This document shows, piece after piece, positions 17,391-26,050 of a stretch of DNA of 64,000 nucleotides. Within the stretch, counting starts at the first letter, position 1. Each line of letters starts with the position of its first letter. Position numbers and translations under genes: made by a program. Source of the DNA: an uncultured Clostridia bacterium (GTDB lineage Bacteria > Bacillota > Clostridia > Christensenellales > Pumilibacteraceae); assembly GCA_934277845.1 (NCBI GenBank), contig CAKQVV010000001.1, positions 2,531 to 66,530 of the forward strand, read 5' to 3'. The notes below the pieces were generated by a model, which saw only the letters and a program-made list of their open reading frames with translations, was not told the DNA's origin and did not search any database.

Positions 17391-18773
17391 ATGAAGTTAA
17401 GCGTTTATACAACCGACAATACAGGTCGCAACCTAGAAAAAACCGCTGTCGTGACCGACGTCGAATATCTTGACGTACTGCCCGTATCCGACAGTCGCGG
17501 CTTTCACCCCGGCGACGTCGAGGGCGGCACTATCCGTCTTTATCCCGGCGTACAACGCTCGACCGTGCAGGGCTTCGGCGGCGCGTTCACCGAGTCGGCG
17601 GCTTACGTATGGGCGAACGCTCCGGAAGAAGCGCGTGACGAGATAATCGAAGCGTATTTCGGCAAGGACGGCATCGGCTATAACTACGGACGAGTAAGCA
17701 TCGCCAGCTGCGATTTTTCGCTGTCGGCGTACTCGTATATCCCGGACGGCGACTTCGATCTCAAAAACTTTTCCACCGCGCGCGACGAGCAGTACACCCT
17801 GCCGTTTCTGAAAGCCGCGCTCGGAAAGAACCCGGACATTACGCTGTTCGCGTCGCCCTGGACGCCTCCGCCGCACCTTAAAACCAACGGCGAGTGGCAG
17901 GGCGGCAAGCTGAAAAAGGAATACTACTCGCTGTGGGCGAAATACGTTGCCGCATTTATCCGCGACTACGCCGGAAAGGGCGTGAGGATTTCCGCCGTAA
18001 CCGTGCAGAACGAACTTCGTCATCGTCAGGTGTGGGAATCGTGTCTGTACGAAAAAGAGGAAGAACTCGATCTTGCCGCAAACTATCTTGCCCGCGAAGT
18101 CAAGCCGCTGGGCGTGAAAATCTATGTTTACGATCACTGCCGCGAGCGCGTTTTCGACCGCGCGGCGTTCGCGTTTGCGTTCTCGAAAGAAATCGACGGC
18201 ATTGCCTGTCACTGGTATTCGGGCGACTACTTCGACGAACTGCGAATGACGCGCGAGCGTTTCCCGGACAAGGACATAATAATCAGCGAGGCTTGCGTTG
18301 CGATGCGCAAGGACAAGCCCGTGTCCGATTACGACAACAAGGTCCTCGACGCCTACGCGCACGACATAATCGGCGACCTTAACGGCGGAGCAAACGCGTT
18401 CTGCGACTGGAACCTCGTGCTCGACGAAAACCGCGGACCGTCGCATTTCCGCGACAACCGCCCCATGATGGCGGACGCGCCCGTGATCGTGGAAAACGGC
18501 AAGGTTATTTTCCGCCCGTCGTTCTATGCGATCGGTCACTTCTCGAAGTTTATCCGTAAACACGCGCGCATAATCGGCTATTCTCAGCCCTGGCGCGACG
18601 CGGAAGTCACCGCGGCGATCAACCCCGATCAGAACTGCGTTGCGGTAGTCTATAACCGCGGCGACGCGAAACACTGCAAAGTTTTGCTCGGTACTTCCCT
18701 TTTCGAGATCGATCTTGCCGAAAACAGTCTGAACACGCTGGTCATCGAACGCGAAAAACCGTTCGCCCGTTAA
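17391..18773 (+). CDS. Glycoside hydrolase family 30 (glucosylceramidase/xylanase-type)
   Basis: 460 aa with GFGGAFTESAAY, FASPWTPPPHLKTNG, AVTVQNEL (acid/base region) and IIISEAC (nucleophile region). AAGGAG RBS. Confidence 0.8.
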   Translation: MKLSVYTTDNTGRNLEKTAVVTDVEYLDVLPVSDSRGFHPGDVEGGTIRLYPGVQRSTVQGFGGAFTESAAYVWANAPEEARDEIIEAYFGKDGIGYNYGRVSIASCDFSLSAYSYIPDGDFDLKNFSTARDEQYTLPFLKAALGKNPDITLFASPWTPPPHLKTNGEWQGGKLKKEYYSLWAKYVAAFIRDYAGKGVRISAVTVQNELRHRQVWESCLYEKEEELDLAANYLAREVKPLGVKIYVYDHCRERVFDRAAFAFAFSKEIDGIACHWYSGDYFDELRMTRERFPDKDIIISEACVAMRKDKPVSDYDNKVLDAYAHDIIGDLNGGANAFCDWNLVLDENRGPSHFRDNRPMMADAPVIVENGKVIFRPSFYAIGHFSKFIRKHARIIGYSQPWRDAEVTAAINPDQNCVAVVYNRGDAKHCKVLLGTSLFEIDLAENSLNTLVIEREKPFAR

Positions 18774-18797
18774 TCAAACTAAAAAATCGATAAATTA

Positions 18798-18840
18798 AAA
18801 ACGCACCCTCGGAATTTACCCTGAAGGTGCGTTTCGTTTT
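18798..18840. terminator. Bidirectional terminator between the convergent GH30 and lipoprotein-operon genes
   Basis: AAACGCACC-19 nt-GGTGCGTTT, flanked by an A-run upstream and T-runs downstream. Confidence 0.6.
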
Positions 18841-18868
18841 CAGCAGTATTTCGTTCGTTTTATCGCGT

Positions 18869-21800
18869 TCAAGCCGCCGCTACTTCGATTTCCAGCGTAC
18901 CCAAGCCGTAAGTAGCGACGCCGTCGCCGACGTATTCGGCACGGACGTAATATTTGCCGGCTTTTGCTGCGGTAAATTTGCCGTCAGCAACGGTAACTTT
19001 GTTGCCGTCGGGATCTACCACGGTAAGCGTGCAGGTCACTTCGCCCGAAGTTACGCTCAGCGTGATTTCGTCGCCGATCTTGGCGTTATCGCCGCCGGTG
19101 ACGGTCACGTCCTGTTTCTTCGCCGCGTAGATCGACGAAATATACAAAACGCCGTCGCCGCTCTCGCCGTGCATGAGCCACTTGTCGACTCCGCCGCCCG
19201 CTTTCCACGCGTTGATGAAGTTCGCTACCGGATAGACGTAGTTCTTCCAGCCGTCGTAGGTGAAGTGATAATCGCCGCTGTCGACGCTGCCGTCGTGAAC
19301 GTAGCCCGTCGCGTCGATAGGCTCGATGTGGTAGTCCCCGCCGCCCATGGTCGCGCGGGTGATCTTGCCGGTGCAGTCCGCAAAGTACGCACGTACTACT
19401 ATATAGTCGTACTCGGCGTAATGATCGAGATCGTGACGCGCCGTCCAGGTAAGGCTGGGCCAACCGCCGCCGTTCTCGCTGTATTCGATCTTGACGACGT
19501 TGGTTTCGCCCTCGAAACTCGGCATCCAGGTTTTGGTCGCGGAAAGTCCGCTGTTCCAGTAGGCAACGATATTATTCACCGAGCTCGGATCGTCGAAGCT
19601 CTCGATTTCGTTTGCCGCCGCGGCTTTTCTCGAAACCGCGATCGTCTGATTCACGGAGTAGGTATTGCCGTCGTAAACTACTTCATAAGTCACGACGTAA
19701 TCGCCCGCCGCAGCCGGAGTAAAGGTTTTACCGTCGGTAAGTTCAACCGTCGTGCCGCCGAACGTAACCGATTTCGCGGTGTCGACGGTCTTTACCGCCG
19801 CACCGTCCGCGGTAAGCTGCGCTCCGGGTACGGTTATTGCCGTTCCCACCACAGCCGTACCGGTAAACGCGTTCGCGTTAAACTCGGCAAGTGCTTTCAC
19901 GGTTATTTCGGTCGTACCGAGTCCGTAAGTAGCGACGCCTTCGCCGACGTATTCGGCACGGACGTAATATTTGCCGGCTTTTGCCGCGGTAAACTTGCCG
20001 TCCGTAACGGTGACTTTGTTGCCGTCGGGATCTACCACGGTAAGCGTGCAGGTCACTTCGCCCGAAGTTACGCTCAGCGTGATTTCGTCACCGACCTTGG
20101 CGTTATCGCCGCCGGTGACGGTCACGTCCTGCTTCTTAGCCGCGTAGATCGAAGAGATATACAGAACACCGCTGCCGCTCTCGCCAGCCATCAGCCAACG
20201 ACCGTTGGACACATTGCCCGTTTTCCACGCGTCGATGAAGTTCCGGATCGGGTAAACGTAGTTCTTCCAGCCGCCGTAGACGAAATGATAATCGCCGCTG
20301 TTGACCGCTCCGTCATGGACGTAACCGGTCGCGTCGATAGGTTCGATATGGTAGTCGCCGCCGCCCATTACCGCGCGGAGCACTTTACCCTCGCAATCGG
20401 TGAAGTACGCGCGGACTACGATATAGTCGTATTCGGCGTAATCGTCGAGAGCGTGACGCGGCACCCAGGTGAAACTCGGCCAGCCCCAGCCGTTGTCGCT
20501 GTATTCGAGCTTGACGACGCTGTTTTCGCCCTCGAAACTTTCAAGGTAAGTTTTGGTGACGGAGTTGCCGTCGTTCCAGCACGCGGAAACGTTCTCTATC
20601 GCGCTGGGATCGTCGAAACTCTCGATTTCGTTCGCAGCCGCCGCATCGCGTTCGATAACTATCGTCTGCACGACTACGTAATCGTTACCTTCGTAGTTAA
20701 GCGAATAAGTCACTTCGTACTCGCCGGCGTAGGTCGCGGTAAAGGTCTTGCCGTCGGCAAGAGTTACTGCGGTACCGTAGTAGGTCACACTTTTTGCGGT
20801 ATCGGTCGCGGCGAGTTCATTACCTTCGGAAACGAGTTTTGCACCGGGTACGGTTACGGTACTGCCCTTCGCCGTTGCGCCCGTGTAAGCATTCGCTTTA
20901 AGTTCCGGAGCGGTAACGACGATTTCTTTCGTGCCCAGTCCGTAAACCGCGCCGCCGTCGTATTCCGCGCGTGCATAGTAAGTACCTGCCTTTTGCGGAA
21001 TAAACTTACCGCCTTCGAGCGTGACAGGATTTCCGTCGGGATCTGCCACGGTGAGCGTAGTCGCAACGGTAGAGTTCACGTTAAGCGTAATCTCTTCGCC
21101 GCGATGTTGCTTACCGGAAACGGTGATTTCGACGTCCGCTTTCTTCGCTGCCTTAATGTCGGCGATATACAGCGTACCCGCGCCCTCCTCGCCGTGCATC
21201 AGCCAGCGACCGAAGGTCACGTTGCCCGTTTTCCACGCGTCGATAAAGTTCCGGATCGGATAAACGTAGTTCTTCCAGCCGTCGTAGGTCATGTGGTAAT
21301 CGCCGGTGTCGACACTGCCGTTGTGAACGTACCCGGTCGCGTCGATAGGCTCGACGTGGTAATCGCCGCCGCCCATTACCGCACGGGTGATCTTGCCGGC
21401 GCAGTCCGCAAAGTACGCGCGCACTACGATATAGTCGTAGGTTGCGTAATGATCGAGCTCGTGGCGCGGTTCCCACGTAAAGCTCGGCCATCCGCCGCCG
21501 CTTTCCGAATAGTCGAACTTGACTACTCCGCTCTCACCCTCGAAGTTTTCGAGCCAGGTGATTTCGGTAGTCGAGCCGTCGCTCCACAGTGCGCGGGTTC
21601 CGTCGAGTGCTTCCACGCAATCATAGCTTTCGATTTCGTTCTCTGCCGCAGCGTCGCGTACAACCGCGAGAACGATCGTCTTTTTCAGTTCTTTGCCGTC
21701 AAACGACGCAACGTAACTGACGGTATAGGTGGTTGCTCTCGGCGCATTGATCTTGCCGTCAGTGACGGTAACGGGGTTGCCCGCTTTGTCCGTCACGGTA

Positions 21801-22270
21801 TAGGTGATTTCGGCGTTCACGGTCGCGCCGTCTTTATCGCGCACGGTTGCGGTCGGGACAGCGACTTCGCCGCGCGGATAACCGTTTTCGTTATAGTTTT
21901 CAAGTTCGATCGTGTAGCGGGTAACGTTTACCGTTATCGTGCGGGTATAGGTCTTGCCCATATCGACGGTAAGAACTACTTTGTAACCGTTAAGATCGGT
22001 CGCGCGGAAACTTCCGTCAACCACCGACACCGCTTCGCCTGCGGTAGTGGTGACTTTCGCGGTCGCGCGGTAGGTTTCGCCGTCGCTGCCCTTGACGTTG
22101 AGCATGGACGAGAAACCATAGTCGTCGCCGTACTCCACCGTCACGGCAGTGTCGGCAAAGTCCACGGGCGTGACTTCCGCCTCGGGTTCGGGCGCAGGCG
22201 TGCAGGCGACGGCAAGTACGAATACCATGATCGCCGCAAGCAAAGCGCATAAAAGTTTACTTTTTTTCAT
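18869..22270 (-). CDS. Large surface lipoprotein: three tandem ~340-aa units (Ig-like segments + beta-sandwich/CBM-like module), function unknown
   Basis: 1133 aa. Signal peptide MKKSKLLCALLAAIMVFVLAVAC with lipobox AVAC. GGAGGG RBS. The block AAANEIES(F/Y)D...GGGWPS(F/L)TW...YDYIVVRAYF.DC.GK...MGGGDYH.EPIDATGYVH.G...GWKNYVYP recurs at aa ~207, ~543 and ~883. Confidence 0.85.
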   Translation of the reverse strand: MKKSKLLCALLAAIMVFVLAVACTPAPEPEAEVTPVDFADTAVTVEYGDDYGFSSMLNVKGSDGETYRATAKVTTTAGEAVSVVDGSFRATDLNGYKVVLTVDMGKTYTRTITVNVTRYTIELENYNENGYPRGEVAVPTATVRDKDGATVNAEITYTVTDKAGNPVTVTDGKINAPRATTYTVSYVASFDGKELKKTIVLAVVRDAAAENEIESYDCVEALDGTRALWSDGSTTEITWLENFEGESGVVKFDYSESGGGWPSFTWEPRHELDHYATYDYIVVRAYFADCAGKITRAVMGGGDYHVEPIDATGYVHNGSVDTGDYHMTYDGWKNYVYPIRNFIDAWKTGNVTFGRWLMHGEEGAGTLYIADIKAAKKADVEITVSGKQHRGEEITLNVNSTVATTLTVADPDGNPVTLEGGKFIPQKAGTYYARAEYDGGAVYGLGTKEIVVTAPELKANAYTGATAKGSTVTVPGAKLVSEGNELAATDTAKSVTYYGTAVTLADGKTFTATYAGEYEVTYSLNYEGNDYVVVQTIVIERDAAAANEIESFDDPSAIENVSACWNDGNSVTKTYLESFEGENSVVKLEYSDNGWGWPSFTWVPRHALDDYAEYDYIVVRAYFTDCEGKVLRAVMGGGDYHIEPIDATGYVHDGAVNSGDYHFVYGGWKNYVYPIRNFIDAWKTGNVSNGRWLMAGESGSGVLYISSIYAAKKQDVTVTGGDNAKVGDEITLSVTSGEVTCTLTVVDPDGNKVTVTDGKFTAAKAGKYYVRAEYVGEGVATYGLGTTEITVKALAEFNANAFTGTAVVGTAITVPGAQLTADGAAVKTVDTAKSVTFGGTTVELTDGKTFTPAAAGDYVVTYEVVYDGNTYSVNQTIAVSRKAAAANEIESFDDPSSVNNIVAYWNSGLSATKTWMPSFEGETNVVKIEYSENGGGWPSLTWTARHDLDHYAEYDYIVVRAYFADCTGKITRATMGGGDYHIEPIDATGYVHDGSVDSGDYHFTYDGWKNYVYPVANFINAWKAGGGVDKWLMHGESGDGVLYISSIYAAKKQDVTVTGGDNAKIGDEITLSVTSGEVTCTLTVVDPDGNKVTVADGKFTAAKAGKYYVRAEYVGDGVATYGLGTLEIEVAAA
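18872..21920 (-). repeat. Intragenic tandem triplication, period ~1.01-1.02 kb
   Basis: The DNA-level repeat is visible by eye. For example, 18896-19129 matches 19913-20146 (offset 1017 bp) with only scattered differences. The oldest unit (about 20906-21920) is more diverged. Confidence 0.8.
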
Positions 22271-22342
22271 CTTTTTAATTTCCCTCCGTTTGGCTCGGCT
22301 TTTCTTTGCCTAGGATTTAAGATAAGCCTTGCCGTTAGATTT

Positions 22343-23551
22343 TTATTTCTCTTTGACTATTCTGAAATTGTCAAAGTAAAATACCTGATCGTCGCGGTCG
22401 GTGTACTCCGCCCACGAAATTTTCCACGAAGACGGATCGGAAACGCCGCCTGCGTTGTGTTCTTCCACGTCGAAGAACGAAACTTTGTAGTGAAGTTTGC
22501 TCTTGGCGTTCACTTCACAGCGCATCGCGTAGTGCCCGCCGGTGGTTTTCGAGCCGGCTTCCACGAAGAAACGCATCACGCGGTCGCTGTCGTTGTAGAC
22601 GTCGAATTCCAGCGAAGTCTTGCCGTAGTCGTCTTTCGCAACGTCTTTCATGCCACAAGCCTGCATTATCTTTTCGGGGATAACAATCGCGGGATAACTT
22701 GCCTCGAAAAGATCGCCCTTGTGCGTGACTACGCGGAGCGCGTACTCGCCGCCCATTCCGGTCACGCCGTAGTCGGCGGTCTTGACAACTTCCACGTCCG
22801 CTTTGCACTTCGCACTGACCGCCTTTGCGTACACGGCGTACTTCTGCCAGGTCGACTCGAAATCGAGCACCACGCCGTCCTTAAAACTCATTACGTTTTC
22901 GACTTCTTCCAGTTTCGGGTTCTTGGTGACAGTCACGTCGTCGATATACAACGTGGGTGCGTCTTTGAGTTCGCGAGCGTTCTGGTTATCGAATTCGAGA
23001 TAAATGCCGGGCACGGCGTTGAGATCGCCGGTTATCGACAATACTTCGCGAGCGGGATAGTACCTGACTCTCGTCCACTCGTTCGGCGCGAGCGTAAAGG
23101 TTTCGCCGCGCATGGTTTCCACTTCCATGGCATTCGCGATCGCGGACAACAGTCCCACCGTGACGCGCATCTCTTTATCCTCTGCATTGTAAATCCACAT
23201 GTCCACGCTCTCGACTTTGGAAAAGTCCGAGCGGTCATAACCGAACAACGTAGATACCGTCGGAAAATACATCAGCGGAAGTTTAACGTCGGATTTGCCG
23301 CCGAGCACCTGCACTTTCGCCGACGATTTGCCCGATTTTACGAAGTTTGCGTCGGTATTTTCGGTTACTTTACCGAAGTTCGGCATCACTCGCATCAACT
23401 GGAAATCCGGTGCCCACTGCTCGAAATCGGCAACGGTAATCACGTTCGATTCGACGTTTTCGGTATTTTCGGTTTTTCCCGCACAACCGCACAGCGGAAC
23501 GATAAAACACAGACTCAGCGCAAGTGCCGCAATCTTTTTCAATCTTTTCAT
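22343..23551 (-). CDS. Lipoprotein with two CBM-like beta-sandwich modules, function unknown
   Basis: 402 aa. Signal peptide MKRLKKIAALALSLCFIVPLCGC with lipobox LCGC. AAGGAGG RBS. The two halves begin ..VADFEQW.. / ..VLDFESTW.. and end ..LYIDDVTV.. / ..FYFDNFRIV... Confidence 0.75.
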   Translation of the reverse strand: MKRLKKIAALALSLCFIVPLCGCAGKTENTENVESNVITVADFEQWAPDFQLMRVMPNFGKVTENTDANFVKSGKSSAKVQVLGGKSDVKLPLMYFPTVSTLFGYDRSDFSKVESVDMWIYNAEDKEMRVTVGLLSAIANAMEVETMRGETFTLAPNEWTRVRYYPAREVLSITGDLNAVPGIYLEFDNQNARELKDAPTLYIDDVTVTKNPKLEEVENVMSFKDGVVLDFESTWQKYAVYAKAVSAKCKADVEVVKTADYGVTGMGGEYALRVVTHKGDLFEASYPAIVIPEKIMQACGMKDVAKDDYGKTSLEFDVYNDSDRVMRFFVEAGSKTTGGHYAMRCEVNAKSKLHYKVSFFDVEEHNAGGVSDPSSWKISWAEYTDRDDQVFYFDNFRIVKEK

Positions 23552-23560
23552 AGTTCCTCC

Positions 23561-26020
23561 TTAAGCGTTGTACACGGTCGCGTCGCCGAAGTAAATCGTG
23601 TGCGCCGGCTCGTTTTTCGTGTCGCCGAAGATCAGCATGACGTGTTCGGCTTTGCCGAGTCCCGTCCAGTTGATCGTGCCGACCGGAAGCTCGACTTCGT
23701 TCATTCCGGGTGCAAGCGTGACTGATGCGATGTCGATAAGTGTGGTCTTTTTCGAGTATTTGACCGAAATACTAAACTTTATTTCCTCGCTTGCGGGGTT
23801 GTAGATATGCAGTACCGCACGGGAAGTCTGCGGACCGAATTCTTCGATAAAGTCTGCGGTCAGCTTTACGCTCTGCGATTTATCGGTCGCTGCAGGTACG
23901 GCAATCTTCACGAGATCGCCGGTAAGGCTTTCGTTTACTGCGCTTGCCGCAACCTTGGTGACTTCGGGTGTGACCGAACCCGCCGAGAACGCGCCGGTAA
24001 GCGTGCCTGCTGCATAAGTCGTTGCTTTGCCCCCCAAAGTCTGATCATAGCGATAAGTCTTACCGCCGCACTCGAACGACAGCGCAAGCGAGTTGATTTC
24101 GCCCGTGAGCGCGGTGCGGATAACGTAGATTCTTCCGCCGTTCGCCTCGGTAAACTCCGTTATGTCCTTGTCGTGATTACGGAGCGAATATCCGTCTTTG
24201 ATAAAGATTTTGTAAGTAATCGTACCGTAACTGTCGTCGGAATAGTCGGTGATGCACATTCCCGCATCCGAATCTGCACATGCGGCAAGCTGGAACAGTG
24301 ACGCACGGGCACTCGCGAACTTTGCGGAAGTCGTGACGACTTTTGTACCGTTGTAGATGAGCGAACCCAGTCCGGAGATCGCTTTTTCCGCATCGAAATC
24401 GAGTCCAGCGGCACTCGCGATTTCGGCGTAGCGGTTCTTCATGGCATAGAGAAGTTCGTATTCTTCCATGCCGTCGCGTAGTGCCTCGATACGCAAGGAC
24501 GCGACAGGTTTATCGAGTCCGTACTGCGCACCGGGATAGAACAGGTATCCGTCGCCGTTGACGGTAACGAAACGCTGCGCGTCGCCCGTGTAATAATCCT
24601 CGATGTTCTCGTAACGCGAGCCGTTGTAGTTGGCGTAATTGCTGACCGCCCAGAACAGGTTGCCGGTCACACCGTATTCGGCTTGCATCCAGCTGAGTGC
24701 GCGGGCGGACAACAGCGTGTCCTCGGTGTGGTAGGTGGGATACGGCACGCGCGGCGACGAGCAGGTATACCACCACTTCTCTTCCTGATCCGCGTAGTTG
24801 GCGCGCGAAGTTTCGGTATCGTAATACTGAACCTGCGGACACCAGGTGTCTATGTTTGCCGCAAAACCCGGGAGATAATCGCAGGTCACTACGTTACGGA
24901 GCGAGCGGATAGACTTTACGATCGACGCTTTGAGTTCGGCGTTCTGAATTGTAGTGTCCGATTCCACTTCTCTTGCGAGCGTTTCCACCGTGCTGCGGTA
25001 GTAACGCGCCACGACCGCAACGCGGTTCTGCATGCCGAGAAGCTGCGGCTCGTCGATTATCGACATATAGCAAACGGACTTTTTCAGCATGTCAAAACTC
25101 TCTTCCACGCTTTTCTTCACGAACTCGCGGACGTAAGCCTTCATTATTTCGGGGTCGAAACACGTTTCGCCGTCGAGGAACGTGACGGAATACGGAATGG
25201 AAATATTGCTGCAACGCGGATTCTTCATAAACTCGTAAGCCTTGTCCGCGTAGTACTTTATATCCTCGGGAGTGTGCTTGGTATCGGTGACGATAATGTG
25301 CGGCGAGAGTCGGTAGTCGATAAGACGCTGCGTGTATTTATCCATTATATCCTGCGAGCCGTCAAGTTCGCCGCACTCGTATAGACGCACGGACAGAAAT
25401 ATACTTTTTAAGTGGTTTTCTTCGCTGACGGTAAGGTCGGCAACTGTCACGGATACGGGCACTTTGGTTTCGTTTCCGTCGATATTCAGCGTTATCGTGC
25501 CGCTATATCCGCCCGCAGCCTGATTTTCGGCGGTCTTGACGGTGATATATAAACCCTGATTCGTGTTTTTCGCGATTGTGTTCTCGCCGCGAGATTTCGC
25601 TGCCGCAAACGGCAAAAGCGCATCCGGATATTTTCCGGGTACCGCACCGCCGGCAGTGTCGTACACCACGCCCAGCGACAGATATTTTTCGACGAAAACC
25701 TCTACGTTCCCGGCGGGAATAGTATCAGTGCCGTTCGAGTGCGTCAGCGCACCCGCCGTCACGTCGTAACTTTTCACGTCGTAATCGGGAGTCATTATTA
25801 TCTGACTGCTTTCGTACTCGTTCTTCGCCATGGTAAGATTTACCGCGGCTTCCGTGCGCACGCTTTGGTATTCGCCGGGCTTATCCGCGAGTATTTTCTC
25901 CGTCGCAGGCGCGCCCCAGATGTCCACCGCGCCTTTCTCGTCGTCGGGCGTTTTCGGCGAGCAAGCCGCCGCCGAAAATACCATCGTCAGGCACAATAAA
26001 ATCGCAAGTGTTTTTTTCAT
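23561..26020 (-). CDS. DUF4091/GH123-like lipoprotein with a C-terminal CBM-like module
   Basis: 819 aa. Signal peptide MKKTLAILLCLTMVFSAAAC. The central DTWCPQVQYYD...EKWWYTCSSPRVPYPTYH...GNLFWAVSNY resembles the DUF4091 signature as I remember it. AAGGAGG RBS. Confidence 0.5.
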   Translation of the reverse strand: MKKTLAILLCLTMVFSAAACSPKTPDDEKGAVDIWGAPATEKILADKPGEYQSVRTEAAVNLTMAKNEYESSQIIMTPDYDVKSYDVTAGALTHSNGTDTIPAGNVEVFVEKYLSLGVVYDTAGGAVPGKYPDALLPFAAAKSRGENTIAKNTNQGLYITVKTAENQAAGGYSGTITLNIDGNETKVPVSVTVADLTVSEENHLKSIFLSVRLYECGELDGSQDIMDKYTQRLIDYRLSPHIIVTDTKHTPEDIKYYADKAYEFMKNPRCSNISIPYSVTFLDGETCFDPEIMKAYVREFVKKSVEESFDMLKKSVCYMSIIDEPQLLGMQNRVAVVARYYRSTVETLAREVESDTTIQNAELKASIVKSIRSLRNVVTCDYLPGFAANIDTWCPQVQYYDTETSRANYADQEEKWWYTCSSPRVPYPTYHTEDTLLSARALSWMQAEYGVTGNLFWAVSNYANYNGSRYENIEDYYTGDAQRFVTVNGDGYLFYPGAQYGLDKPVASLRIEALRDGMEEYELLYAMKNRYAEIASAAGLDFDAEKAISGLGSLIYNGTKVVTTSAKFASARASLFQLAACADSDAGMCITDYSDDSYGTITYKIFIKDGYSLRNHDKDITEFTEANGGRIYVIRTALTGEINSLALSFECGGKTYRYDQTLGGKATTYAAGTLTGAFSAGSVTPEVTKVAASAVNESLTGDLVKIAVPAATDKSQSVKLTADFIEEFGPQTSRAVLHIYNPASEEIKFSISVKYSKKTTLIDIASVTLAPGMNEVELPVGTINWTGLGKAEHVMLIFGDTKNEPAHTIYFGDATVYNA

Positions 26021-26050
26021 CGATTAAGTTTCCTCCTTAATGCGAGCAGA

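Noticed and set aside
18872-21920. Diversity-generating retroelement (template/variable repeat) explanation for the repeated lipoprotein segments
   Set aside because: No reverse transcriptase gene occurs in the window. The differences between the near-identical segments are mixed transitions and transversions rather than adenine-specific. Both copies also lie in-frame within one gene.
18827-22252. A 1141-aa ORF on the plus strand spanning the whole lipoprotein gene
   Set aside because: It is the codon-aligned antisense frame of the 1133-aa gene (the start offset of 42 is a multiple of 3). Its product is Arg/Val/Gly/Ala-rich low-complexity sequence with no RBS, no signal peptide and no motifs. 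The minus-strand product has a lipoprotein signal, an RBS and a coherent domain repeat.
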